From positions 95,792,001 through 95,856,000 of the forward strand of contig NW_024704742.1 in the NCBI RefSeq assembly GCF_018977255.1: DNA of 64,000 nucleotides, written 5' to 3'. The translations under genes were made by a program, and so were the position numbers. The notes beneath the pieces were generated by a model. The model worked only from the letters and a program-made list of their open reading frames with translations. It searched no databases and had not been told where the DNA came from. Positions 25,620 to 39,028 of the stretch are shown here, piece after piece; the first letter of the stretch is position 1, and every line of letters begins with the position of its first letter. This DNA comes from Callorhinchus milii. Taxonomy: Eukaryota.

Positions 25620-25830
25620 TTCATTTGGTCCCGCCCTTTGTCAGCCAATGAATGGATGTTTCAGTTATAGAGAGAACGTTGATAATGAAATTATCAAATT
25701 ATCAAATCTGACACATGGAGGAAAGCCATCATTAGATAATGAAATTATCAACCACCACACATTTTACCCCAATGATGACGCATTATGATTGCATCTAATG
25801 TGACACAGTACACCGGAAGTAACACAAGAA
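25620..25830. promoter_or_regulatory. Candidate promoter-like motif cluster
   Basis: GC box CCCGCCC 25630, CCAAT 25645 and 25769, TGACGCA 25776, ETS site ACCGGAAGT 25812. Confidence 0.3.
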
Positions 25831-26321
25831 CAGAGCAACATAAGCGATAAAAGGCTAGTAAATTACAACAGATAGGTCTGGCCCAAATGATTATGGTATT
25901 AAAAGCTACATGATAGGATATAGCTCTCTCAAAATATGAGTAATGTCTTAGATTTACAGGTAGAAGCTCTGATAGAATTTCCTTCTTGCTCTAGGCTCTT
26001 TGCGGCTTTAAGGATTGATGCTCAAGGCTTTCCCACCTTAGGACTCCCAGCCAACAATTCGTTGCTTTCCTCAATGGACTTAAGGCATTCTGCCATGACA
26101 GGTCTCAAGCAGCTTCACTCTTTCAGAACCTCAATTCCCCAGCCAACCCCTTAGGCTTCCCAGATGACTGTTTGAAGGAAATGTTTCACCATCTCTCTAC
26201 CTTGTAAGATCAGTTAACTCTCACATGGCCAGTTCTCTGGAAGCTGTTCATTGTAACTCTCAGCTCCCTGCTTCTATGAGCCAAATGATTTGAACATTTG
26301 TGCTCAACACTGGAAAATTGA

Positions 26322-26466
26322 GGACATATATTTATTTTAATTATTTAAGGTTGATATCACAAGTTGAAAATGCTGAAAAAATATTAATTTTGCAGTTATA
26401 AAACTACTCAAACATCAGAAGAACATTGTGAAATCAACCTTAAATTACTAAAATAAATGCATGCCC
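26322..26466. mobile_element. Fold-back / MITE-like element with ~40-bp imperfect terminal inverted repeats
   Basis: ATTTATTTTAATTATTTAAGGTTGATATCACAA pairs with TTGTGAAATCAACCTTAAATTACTAAAATAAAT. Confidence 0.7.
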
Positions 26467-27074
26467 ATTACAATTTTATTACATATAGACAACCTAAAAA
26501 CTTTACCTGTGCTCTTTCTGTTGTTATTTTTTATAATAATATAAAAATAATCCCTGCATTTGATATAATGGCTTATCACATTGTTGAGACATCTCAAAGC
26601 GCTTCACAGAATGTATTGCAAAGTAGGATTGACTGCAAATTTTTAATTTTGTTTAAAACTGATTCAACTGTTGTTAACTAACCTTTCTCTTCACTTGGCT
26701 TGCAGCCTGACCTGGCTGGTTTTACACAGGCCAGAACAGACGCCTTATTACATTGCTGCTCATTGAACAATGTAGTCAGTGACACAAGGGTTGCTTCTTT
26801 GATGTGAGTGGGAAGTGTCAGGTTAGGGCCTCACTGGTCTGTCACTGACATAACAGGCAAACACATTGATGGCAGGGGCAGTGGTCTCTGAGACAAAAGT
26901 GACGGATTGAACAGAGCAGTTGGATACAGAACCAGTTAGGAAGACTGAAAAGTAACAGCGGACAGAGGAGTATCAGGAGCTGAGTAGTGGATTGACTTTG
27001 TATTTTGTGGGCAAAACATGGCAGCCAGAACCCACATGCTTCAGACAAAAGGAAAAAAAGAGCTAGCTTCTGAG

Positions 27075-27725
27075 CTAAGCTGCTGTCAGCCTAGGTCTCA
27101 TTTTGGATCAAAAGTTTGTGGATTCAAGCCCCACGTCAAGACTTGGAATCACATACTCTAAGCTAATATTCCAGTGCAGTGCTGGGGGGTGTTACTTTGT
27201 TAGAGGTGCCGTCAATCCACTGTCAATCACTGTCACAGTCAATCCACTTTAAATTCAGTGAAGTCAATGAATTTATTGAAATTGGTATGATTGTTATATC
27301 ATGTGAAGTGTTTTGAGATGTCTAAATGATGTGATAAGGCACTGTATAAAACACAAGCATTATTACTGTTATGATTATTCCTTAAGCTAACACTTTGGCT
27401 AACACTCCAGTGCTGCGCTGCGGAGTTCTGCTGTATCAGCAATGCTGTCCTTCATATGACATGTCAACCTGAGGTCCCATCTGTCTGTTCAGGTGAACAT
27501 TAAAGATCCCATAGCATTATTCAAAATTAATGTGACCAGCAATTTTTCAGATAATATTGGTCACTCACCTCAAGGATATTGATGAGACAATGCTGTGTGC
27601 AAATTGACTGCTGCTTTTACATATAAACACCCGATCACTTCACTTGACAGCAATTACATGGGAGACACTTTGAGATATTTCAGCATTTTAGCCATTATAC
27701 TAAAAGCAAGGATTATTGTTATACT
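27075..27725 (+). mobile_element. Two adjacent degenerate Deu-domain SINE pieces
   Basis: GGATTCAAGCCCCAC head; CAGGTGAACATTAAAGATCCCATAGCA Deu core; two L2-type tails. Confidence 0.7.
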
Positions 27726-28511
27726 ATTAGATGGTCTAGACACCAGAAGTAACTTACAAAGAGAGAACTAGAGTTTTCAAGAGACTTGGCCATGTATTGA
27801 TTTCTAACAAATCATAATTACCCACTTGTTTCATTATTTAATTTTAGCCAGCTTTAAAACACAAGCTCCAACAAATCGTCATCGAAATGTAATCAATATT
27901 TACTTAACTATTCAGTGAAATCAATAAATTAACTATTTATTGAAATCAGTATCATTGTTAAATCCAAGTTAATTTTTTTAAAGTACATCCAAGAGCAGAT
28001 TCAATTGTTTAAAACAGTAAATATCTCCAGGGCTCGTTCAATTAATTTGGTAATTTACTCAATAATTAAATTCCATCGGTATTGTGGATTGTTTTAAATT
28101 ACTAGTTTTCTCTCCACTCCTGAATAAAGAAGTTAGAGTATTGTGTGCAGTTGTGGGACATTATAGGAAGGTTGTAGGAAGGATGCGGAGTAGATTCACT
28201 GTGGTGATATCAGAGGTGTAAGGTTTTACTAATGGGGAGAGACTGCAGCAATAGTTATTTACCCAGAACAGAAAGGTTGAGAGGAGACCTGGTATAGGTT
28301 TGAAAATTGTAAGTTATTTATTTTTTAAAATTATATTTGCACTTGATACATCAGGATTTCACATCAGGATGATGCCTCAATGTGCTTCACAGGATGTTTA
28401 AGTTCACAGAGAAAAATCCTTCTGAGATGGAAACCTCTATGGTTTTAATGCAATAGACTGACTCTTACTGGGTTACTGCTCATGAGTACCAGTCACCATC
28501 TAATTCAAGTA

Positions 28512-28946
28512 GAGTCCTGTAGCTTAGAGCAATCGCTTTGCAAGCGAGAGACCTGGGTTTAATTCCCAGCAGGGAAAATGTTGGGCAAGTTTCCCCCCCC
28601 ACCCCCAAATATTGGTCACTTCAAACCATGACTGCTGTGGGTGACTGCGTTTCAATAATAATCCTTGCATTTGATAAATCACCTTATCACTTTGTCAAGA
28701 CGTCTCAGAATATACTATGAAGTGAGTTGACTGTATAGACCACTGCAGTGTGGATTGAGTCACCCAATTTAAGGAATATTAGCTCCAGAATGAGCTGCGC
28801 CAATTGACTAAAAACAGGGTTCCTACTTACTGCTAGGTAAACAGAGGTAAGGAAACTTGCCTAAGATTTTGCCCTGCCTGGGAATCGAACCCTGGTCCTC
28901 TCACTTGCAAGGTGAGTGCTCTAACGAATACCATGCAGGACTCCTA
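28512..28946. mobile_element. Two convergent tRNA-Ala SINE copies (+ 28512-28645; - long variant 28653-28946)
   Basis: GAGTCCTGTAGC...TCGCTTTGCAAGCGAG head on +; reverse-complement head ...GCAGGACTCC ending 28945. Confidence 0.82.
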
Positions 28947-30289
28947 CAGTTCTCAGCTTGAACTGAAAAGTGGAGAAGAAATGTCTCAAAAATTGTGATC
29001 ACAATGATGGGGAATATGGATGTTGTTGCAGAACAGGACCAACTGATAGAGTGAAGCTCCACTGAAATACTGCATTTTCTGAAATCAAACACATCATTCT
29101 ACTTCATTTCTGCTCCTGACTGCTTAATGCAGCATAATGTGAAAAAAGAATTGTGTTTTGTGCAATCCACTGTAATTTCAACATGCAGCGTACAATCATA
29201 TTTTAAAACCAGCAATGTAGTTTCATTTAAAATGAAGTTTTTGATATTTTATATGAAATTGATATGGAATTATGACCTAATATTCAATGCTTAGCACATT
29301 GCTGGCTGATTCACCAAATCAAATGAAAATGAAGAAGGTGTATTTGCTTAAATTATATTTACATATTCTTAGGCCAATAGGGTTTAACAAGACAAACAGA
29401 TGGTATAGAAAAATCTGCTCTGGTTTATTAAAGATCAGAATTTAATATCACAGGTGCAGGGGTAAGGCTGAAACTCATTTCGGGAATATGGTGCTTTGCA
29501 AACAGAGTAAAAATCAAATGCTCTTTAAAAGCCATACTTGGCTAAAGTGGTCCTTCATTACAGATCTCAGTGAAATGGAAGGAATTTTCCTTTTTTTTCC
29601 ACCAGTTCTCTCTTACTGCTTGTTATTGTTAGCAGGAGATGTAATTTGTGCCATATTCTCTTGTCAGTTTAGAGTTCACATGATGAACAACTGCAGGTCT
29701 CTTTGTGCCTAAAGCTGGTATGTGAGGCCATACAATAGTAACAGCGCTGCCACTTTGCCACAAAAAACAACAAAAACAAGAGTAGACACGATTGTGTCAC
29801 TACTCCTTTTTTGTTTCTTTTGAGGCACAATTGGCCCAGAAAAGCCAACAGCATGAACGTTGAGAGAATGCAAAACCTAAATTGCACTTCCTGCTGACCT
29901 CATTCCCCTTTACCTCAGAGATGTGACTGGAGAAAGGTCTCAATAATATCTCTCACTGCTAAGTAAATAAACCCTCATCCTTCAGAATGGAACTTCTTAT
30001 TTATTTAGCATCAGGTGCATAATGCCACAGCAGCTCCTGTGAACATACAAGCCAGTCAGTTCTTTATTCTAACCTGCAGCCTCCTTTTTGCAGTGAATGG
30101 ACACAATCATTAGCTTTTCTTGAAGGATAGAAAGCTGTTGTTTCATTTTATTGGCAATATTGTCCTTGTTTCTACTTCGGTTTCAGGGAGAAAGCATTTG
30201 CTCTTTACACTGCTTCTTTTTTCAAAAAAATCTTTGAAATAACTGTGTTCCCGGATACAGTTACAAAATACAAATCGAAAATCCCACTA

Positions 30290-30899
30290 TGTTCCCTCCA
30301 AACTCTCCATAACTGCTCCATCTCTCTGCAATTCCTCTCCAAGGTGTTAGAATGTAATGTTGTCTCCCACCTTTGCTCCTTCCTCTTCCACAACTCCTTA
30401 TGTGATTTCCTCCAATTTGACTTCTCTTCTGTTCAAGAAACTGACAGCCCTGGGCAAAATCACAAATGATATGCACCTGATCCCTATCTTCCAGCGGATT
30501 GACTTTAAAATCCACATTCATTATCTACAAATGTCTCCACGGCATTGTCCCACCCTACCTCTGCAATCTCCTATGATCCTTCTCCCTCAGTCAATGCCTT
30601 TGCTCAATCAACTCAGGCCTGCTCATGTCCCCTGACTGCTTTCCCCACAATTGGTGGGCAAGCATTTAACCACTTTGCCCTGTTCACTGGAACTCTCTTC
30701 TCAAATTCCTATATCTCATCCCCTCCTTGACTTTCAAAACCTCTCTAGAAATCTGTCTCTTTGACTGTCCCTTTGGCCTCATGGCCCCAACTCCTCCTCT
30801 CTCCTTCCCAGCTCAGTAACCCACTCAGTCTTTGAAAAGTACTTTGAGAAGTTCTACCTATATGAAAGGCACTATATAAGTGCAAATTGTTGATGTTGT
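30290..30899 (+). mobile_element. Degenerate L2 3' fragment
   Basis: HLIPIFQRIDFKI, IGGQAFNHFA; tail TGAAAGGCACTATATAAGTGCAAATTGTTG. Confidence 0.75.
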
Positions 30900-33169
30900 A
30901 AAGGCCAAACGATATACATTAGACATCTGATCTGTACGGCAATCAGTTTTTAAAAAAACTTTCAAACTAATTTTATTGAATACTTGCTCATGAATGGAAG
31001 GAAAAGAAAACATTCTCTTTTTGCACACAGATGCTGATCAATTCCATAAGCATTGACTAAATGTGCACATATTGTATTTGTTAAGGAGTTATGCAATCCC
31101 ACATTAATCAGCACATATCTTACACTGAACAAGCAAACCATAATCAAGTTAATTTCAGATTCCTACCTGAGAGTGGTTTGCATTAAGAGAAATAAAAGAC
31201 TTGCCAATTGGCATTGAAAAAAGCAGATGAAGAGAAATAATAGGATTTGGTATTTGAGACTGTAATAGATAGTGATAGAAGTGTGGTGAGGCTTTTCCTA
31301 ATGCTTGACTAGTCTGTCTTAGTCATCAATAAGACTTTATATGCTCAACCCTGAGAGCCAAATCCTTAAAATATCAGGTGGTTCTAGCTGGGCAAATACC
31401 CGAAATCTAGCAGTGGTCTGCTTATTGCGGCAAATATTTTACCACAGTATATACTGAGAAGCACTTTGAAACATCTCAATGAGTTAATAAGGTGTTATAT
31501 CAAAAGCAAGGATTATTAGTTATTAGAATGAACTCATAGTGAACAAATTAATATTACTTCTAGTGACTTATATACTAGCACCAAATTTGAATCAATTTCC
31601 CTTTGTGCTTATAAACTATGCTCTCATTGAAGTGGCACTGGTGTATTATTCACATTCTGATTATTTTTGTTCCACATTAAAAACACTCATAAGCAGTTCC
31701 CGAGATACAAGGGTGAGGGAAAAGAAGACAGCTTTGCATTTAATGTACTAAACATGTTAGCATTTCAGATACTTTGACCCAGATTGGAAGAACCTTGGGG
31801 CATTGCCATAACATGTGTAGCTGTATTCCTGAGGCTGATCAGATTGGTAAAATATAAACAGAATTCAGATTTCTCTCATTCCCATAGATGAAGGTTTTAT
31901 AAGTGCGGCATGTGTCTTGTTTCAAACTGCATTCTCATTCAAATGTAATCCAGTTGTGCTGTCTGAAAGTTGGTTTCTGTTAATAATAATCATTAAATAT
32001 ATTTTTGTTTTCTGCCCTTCACCCTGTGAGGTTCAACGTTCGCAAGTCAAGTGAAGGTGACCTACTCCCAGTGTGCAGCCTCAGATGAAAGGAAAGTTTC
32101 AAGATTTTGATCAAAGGAGTATTTCAAAATAGTAGTAGACTATAAAGTGTTGAGGTTTACACTGAAATGGGGGTACCAGTTTCCATTGCCGAAGCCTGCC
32201 AATATAGTTAAATTGAAGGGAATGAGATTGAGAGCTAAGCAACGGGTATCTGTGGCACTTTGCCCTATTCCAGTGAACAGGGCAAAGTGGTTGAGCTTTG
32301 AGGTGCTTTTCTACATTGTACAGTCCCTCAGATACCCCTTCTCTCTACTTGTATTACACAGTTTAGGGAGTATTACACAGCCCCTCACACACAGACCGTC
32401 TGTCTATACTTGGATTAAATAGCCCCTCACACCCAGTGCTCTTATATGTTGTCTGAAGGTACAATATAGCTTCTTTTGACTCCTATTAACTAGTTGTATT
32501 TTCCTTTTCATGCTTGATAACTTGCTTCTCATGCTATCCAGCTATGTGGGAAAAAGATGCAGTATGTGATAGATAAATGTCACATCATGTTCCTCATTTC
32601 CTCTGTCCCTTATGTATCCATAATACCAATTTTCAATTGGTAATGGGAAACTCTAAGTTTCTCATTCTTTAAAGTGTGTGCTTGATGCTCACTCCCCTAA
32701 TGAAGCTACGCGGTCTGAACTCATTCCTTGTTCTTTCCCCATACCCTTTAATGTTATTTTTCCTCAAGCAATAACATTTTAAAATACTGTTATAGATGTA
32801 GCTTCAACGGCCATTGTGATAAGAATTATACCAACCCTCCATGTAAAAATAATTATTTTAACCTTCTCCGTTTAAATTCTGATGATGATCCGCAACTTAT
32901 TTCAGTTTTTTTTTATTCAAGTGAAAATAATTTTAAATTATAGCTTTCATCTTGTGGTTTGTTCCGGACCTTTTTTGTGCAATTTATTTTTGCTGGGAGG
33001 CCAATGGGGTTCAAAAAATGCTCATCAAAAAAATTATGGTGGTGACTCTCTAAAACAGCTCTCCATTTAGTCTCATTCTCCTGCCTTCTCTTCATATCCT
33101 GTTATATTTCTTCTTCTGTAATTTATTTTGAAAGCCGAGCATCTGACACATACAGAACCCATCACATGC

Positions 33170-33485
33170 TTAAGGTATGTCCCCTCGATGCGAAAGGCCC
33201 TATACAAATGTAGTTTTGTTTGTTGTTTGTTGTTTGTAAGAATATGCAAAGCAAAACCAAGGCAGAGGGATTGAGGGAAAGAGTTCCAGAGTTTCATGGG
33301 GTACTGGTTGAAGACACGGCCACTGATGGAAGAATGGAGGGGATGAGGGAGAAATAGGAGGCTGGAGCCAGCTAAGTGGACGCAGTGGGTGGTGGAGTGG
33401 GGGTAAGCAAACCAGATAGGTAGAGAGGTGTGAGGGCATTAAGGGATTTGAAAATGAGTGAGAGGATCTTGAAATCGATTTATTC
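33170..33485 (-). mobile_element. L2 fragments (a + tail abutting a - body fragment)
   Basis: ATCGATTTCAAGATCCTC (IDFKIL) on -; TATACAAATGTAG(TTG)n tail on +. Confidence 0.6.
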
Positions 33486-34519
33486 GGCAATTAATAGTAA
33501 TAATAATAATTGCATTTGGCATAGCATCTTCCATGTCAGGGTGACATCTCAAGTGCTTTATTGAATTTACTGTGGAGTGGAGTGCCCAAGTATTTGTATG
33601 TGAATGCATCTGGTCAATTGCGCAATGTCCTACAAATAGCCATAAAGCAAATGACCAATATGATTTGGGGGGTTGTTTGCAAGAGTTTTGTTTGAGATGT
33701 TATTGTATGTGAAAGATGCTGCATAAAAAACAGTTGATTTTGAAAGACTTCATCACTCTTTCAAGTTATTTTTTCTTGTGGCTTTCTTGTACCATTCACT
33801 ATCTCTGTATGAGAAGGCAGAGGAGTGAGGTGAAGGTTGGAGAAGAATTGTCCTCCCTTCTATGCTCTCAAACCAACATAAAAGGGATTGCCAATGGCAA
33901 TCTATTACATAGGATCTTCATTTAAAAGGAACACTTAGCCATCCATTAATTCATTTCCCCATTCATTATGCATTTTTTTGCTTAATGGGAAGACCAGATC
34001 AGTATTGGAGATATCCGTTTGAAAGAGTTTATTCTACCATTTTAATTTGCCACATTCTGCACACATAGGTATCCACTCAAATTCTGATCCATCCTGTAAT
34101 ATTGTCTGACCTTCAATGGAGAGATCTGACAACTGACTGAGTCATGGCATCAGATGATTCTAATCAAATGATGTGTTTTTCTCCTTTCTGCTATGACAGC
34201 AGTTGTTTACTCAATCTGCAGTAATATGAGAAAGTCATGTGAAATATCTGAGATGTGTTGTCTGTGATGAAGTCAGAAGCTTCCTTGATGTGAATCCTCC
34301 TGGATGTAGAATTTCACAGAATGTTACAACGTGGAAACAGCCATTTGACCCAATCAGTCCATGTTATATTTATATCTGCTTAAGACTCCACAACTCCTCT
34401 CTTAATGTACCCTTTGTTCCCCTCTCACTCACACATGTATCAAATGTCTTCTTCAATACATTGCTGAAATACATTAAATATGTTAGATTTGACACCACTT
34501 TTGTAGTGGTTTAAGGAGT

Positions 34520-34995
34520 AGTCCAGTTCCTGATGGTGGGGCATGCTGGGCCGGGGACATGGAGCGGGCTGGAACCTGCTGAGTAGAGGGAGCGGACAAG
34601 TTGATAAGGGGTTAGCAGGTTGAAGGTGAGGATGAGAATTTTGAACTGGATCTTCTGAGGGATGGGGAGCCAGTGAAGCCGGGAGAGGGTGGGTGTGATG
34701 GGGTGACGGAGCCAGGTGCGGGAGAAGACATGAGATGCAGAGTTCTGGATGATCTGCAGCTTGTGGAGGGAAGAGTTGGGAAGGTCGACAAGCAGGCCAT
34801 TGGCATAGTCAAGCTAGTTGTAATGAAGGCATGTATGATGGTTTTGGCGGCCTCAGGGGTGAGACAGTGGCGGAGTCGGGCAATGTTGCGGAGGTGGGGG
34901 AAGGCAGAGCGAGTCATGGCAAGATTGTGGGGGAAAAAGGACAGTTGAGGGTTGAACAAGACGCCTAGGTTCCTGACTGTGTTGGTAGGTGGAGT
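34520..34995 (-). mobile_element. L2 internal fragment
   Basis: VRNLGVLFNPQLSF...HLRNIARLRHCLT...HAFITT. Confidence 0.9.
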
Positions 34996-36792
34996 GTGCA
35001 TCTGTGGATTCGCAGAAAATGGCATTTGAAAATGAGATTGGCAAAATGAAACTAGATTAAATCAATTTAAGGGGCATGAAATATAAAGCACTGTAGAATT
35101 ACCTTATTTATTTTTCACTTTGGGCAGGTCAGTTGGACCGTATTTGCCTTTTCTGATCATGTACAATCATGTTTATGAATATTTGGTACTCTCCTTCCTC
35201 CCTTCTCTATTGCCCAACCACTTCTAGTTCCCACTGTCTCTGTAAGGTACTTTGAGATGTTATCATATGTTTAAGGTGCTATATAAGTCCACATGTTGTT
35301 GTTGACTGCAATGAGCATTTCTAGTACTGCACATTCTCATCTTCTTGAAGAGGCAATGGAATTATGGTAACAAAAGTGTACTTTTAGACAGCGTCTTTCA
35401 CATTGGGAGTATATCTCAAAATGCTTCATACTGGGCACCTGAGCTGGGATTAGGGGGCAGCGAAGATATGGATCTTAACCCATGCTTTAAAAGTAGGATG
35501 AGAGAGGTTGCAAAGTGGAGTGACTCCATTTCAGAGAGCGGGGGACAGAAAGGTTGAAAGCTTGCCAACATGATGAATCTAGTGGGGTTTTGAAGTAGAT
35601 GGGTGTTCACTGAGCAGTGGGAGTATTTAGTTAGGAGGTCGGCAAGATATAGCTTTGACATAAACCTGCAGGGAGCATCAACTTCATAAAAGGCATGTTA
35701 TTTGAAAAATTTTAATGTTGCTGTGAACTCCTAGCTTTATATTTATGAAATCCAACAGAATTGGAAAAATAAAACAATAATTGGGTTGATAATCCATCTG
35801 GTGGTAATTTTAACACCCACCTAACACCTTACAGATGATGTCTGGCTAGACTTAAAAGCACTGTTGGATATTAATTATGATTCTTTACATTTTCTCATAT
35901 GGATTTAATAGGTGAGGTTAACATTTTAACACTGATGGCTCAATAACAGCACTCAAGTTAATTATTGGCAGTTGATAATATAAAGAAGTGCGGAATTGGA
36001 AAAGGTCATTTAGTCCATCAAGGCCACTCTCTCCAAAATTGACCACATCGTGGCTCTCACCTTCCCTCTCTCTCCTGGAGGAAAATACAGTAATAGTAGC
36101 CTACCTTTGACTAACCTTTTATTCTTTATATGGTTATAAAATACCTTAGGTTTCCCTTTTATGTTACCCGCTAATCTTTTCTCATACAATCTCTTTGCTC
36201 CTGTTATTTCCTTTTTCAGTTCTCCTCTGTACTTTCTATATTTTGTTTGATTATCTTCTGTATTTTGGACATGATATTTATCACGAACCTCCTTTTTCTG
36301 TTCTATTTTAATCCCAATTTCCTTATTCATCCGGGGAGGTTTGGATGCCCTACCTTTCCCCTTTGTGGTAATGTATTTGTTCTCTCCCCGAACTATCTCC
36401 TCCTTGAAGGCTTCCCATTGATTGTTAGCTATTTTACCTGCCAATCTTTCTTTCCAGTCCACCTTGGCTAGGTCACTTTTTTACTCATTGAAATTAACCA
36501 TTTTCCAGTTGAGTATCTTCCCCTTTGATTGTTCCTTGTCCCTTTCCATAAGTACTTTAAACCTAATGATGTTGTGATCACTGTTGTCCAGATATTCTCC
36601 TATTGAAACCTGTTCCACTTGGCCCACTTCATTCCCCAGAACTCTAGATCCAGCACCGCTTCCTTCCTCATTGGGCTGGAAACATGCTGATCCAGAAAGT
36701 TATCCTGCACATATTTCAAGGAATTGCTCCCCCTCCTTGCCCTTTACAGTGTTATTTTGCTGTCTGTTAGGATAATTGAAGCCCCCCATTAT

Positions 36793-36966
36793 AGAATCAT
36801 AGAATTATACAGCACAGAAGGAGGCCATTTGGCCCATCGTGTCTGTGCCGGCTCTTTGAAAAGAGCTACCCAAATCAACCCTATTCCCCTGCCCTGCAAA
36901 CTTGTCCTCCTCAAATAATTATCTATTTCGCTCTTGAATTGGCTTCCTCCACCCTTTCAGGCAATG
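36793..36966 (-). mobile_element. Short CR1 3'-end insertion with CATTAT target-site duplication
   Basis: Near-identical to 195-338; CATTAT at 36787-36792 and 36967-36972. Confidence 0.88.
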
Positions 36967-38383
36967 CATTATCACTACTCTATTGGTTTTGCATCTTTCT
37001 GAAATCTGCTTGCAGATTTGCTCATTTATCTCCTTCCCACTATTTGGTGGTCTATAGTATACACCTAACAGAGAAACAGCTCCTTTCTGCTACTTAAATC
37101 TAACCAAATAGATTCTATTTTTGGACCCTCTAGCACATCGTCCCTTTCTAGGGCTGTAACCATGTATTTAATCAATATTGGCACATCCCCACCTCCTTTT
37201 TTTCTTTCCCTATCGCTCCTGAATTCATTGTAGCCAGGAATATTCAGCTCCAATTCCTGCCCTTGTGTGAGCCAGGTCTCTGTTATTGCTACTACATCAT
37301 AACCCCATGTGGCAACTTGAGTCTGCAGCTCACCAATCTTATTTGTCACACTCTGTGGATTTACACACATGCATTCCAAGATCAACCTAGTCTGTTCTGC
37401 ATTTCTCCCCCATCTAATCCTTATTTTTTTCTGGATTACTCCTTATTAGATTGCTATTTGTCCCTCCTAGCCCTCTGTGTAACTTGTTTGCCCTCTCTAA
37501 TGCTACATTCTGATTCACTTCTCCCCTCAAAATTAGTTTAAACCCTTCCCCACAGAACTAGTTAACCTCCCTGTGAGGACATTGGTTCCAGCCCTATTCA
37601 GATGTAAGCCATCCACCTTGTACAGGTTCCACCTGTCCCAGAACTGGTCCCAATGATCCAGGAACCTGAAGCCTTCCTTTCTGCACCATTTCTCCTGCCA
37701 TGCATTCATGTGTTTAATCCTGCTATTTTGATATTCATGTTCATGAGGCACTGGGAATAATCCAGAGATCACCACCATTGAGGTCCTACTCTTTAGCTTT
37801 TCCCCTAGCTTCTGATACTCTCTCTGTAGGATCTCAGCCCTTTTTTCTCTACATCATGGATTCCAACATGGACCATAACTTCTGGATGTTGCCCTTCCCC
37901 CTGTAGAACATTTTGCACCCATTCCATGATGTCTTCAACCCTGGCACCAGGGAGGCAACATACCATGCGAGAGTCACATCTTTGGTTGCAGAAACGCCTT
38001 TCTACTCCTTTCTCCATTGTGTCCCCAGTGACAATTGCATTGACACTCTTCCTTGTGTCCCCCTGTGTATCCATTGCTTTCGACTCCCCTCCCCAGAAGT
38101 GTCATCATCCTGACAGGTATTCAGTACAGAGAACTGGTTTGTGAGTGCCACACTCTTAGGGGATTTCTGCACTGCCTGTCCCCTCTTCCTACCATGTCGG
38201 GTGGTCACCCACTCAATCTCCTTCTGAACCCACTGTGGTTGTGTGGTGACCACCTCCTGAAACGTTCAATCAATGAACTCTTCAGCCTCCCATATACTAT
38301 GTAGTGACACCAGCCTTTCCTCAAGCTCAGAAATTCTGAACTCAAGCTTGAGCAGTCAGAGGCACTTCCTACACACGTGTCTG

Positions 38384-39028
38384 CCAATGCCTCACCCCTC
38401 AGGCTGCCAAAACCCTCACCCATGCATTCGTCACCTCAAGGCTTGATTACGGGAACTCCCTCCTCATCGGCCTTCCCAAATCTTCCCTTCACAAGCTGCA
38501 GATCATCCAAAACTCTGCAGCTCGTGTACTCTCACGCACCAGGCTCCGTGACCCCATCACTCCCACCCTCGCCCGACTCCACTGGCTCCCCATCCCCCAG
38601 AGGATCGAGTTCAAGATCCTCGTCCTCACCTTTAAGGCCATCCATGGCCTTGCCCCCTTTTACCTCTCTGACATGGAGACTCCCTACCAACCTGCCCACT
38701 CCCTCCGTTCATCAGGCTCCGGCCTGTTCCATGTCTCCCACCCGACCCGCCTTACCATCGGTGGCCGGGCTTTCAGCCTCTCTGCCCCCACACTCTGAAA
38801 CTTCATCCCATGGTCCCTTTGCCTCGCTTCCTCCCTTGCATCCTTCAAGGCCGGTATCAAGACCCTTCTCTTTGACCGTGCCTTCAGTTTCACTCCCACC
38901 TCTCTGCCTTCCCTCACCCCTACACCACCCCTCCCCCATGCTCGGGCCCTGACATCTGATTGTTCAGCGCTTTGGGACGTCCTCCCGATGTGAAAGGTGC
39001 TCTATAAATGCAATTTTGTTGTTGTTAT
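38384..39028 (+). mobile_element. L2 3' fragment inserted in CR1 ORF1 with TGTCTG target-site duplication
   Basis: Highly similar to 13060-13700; TGTCTG at 38378-38383 and 39029-39034. Confidence 0.93.

Noticed and set aside
25681..25751. Resemblance to a bacterial Fur box
   Set aside because: Vertebrate context with no prokaryotic genes; kept only as a duplicated palindrome
38377..38952. 191-aa Pro/Ser-rich ORF
   Set aside because: Alternative frame of the C-rich L2 fragment
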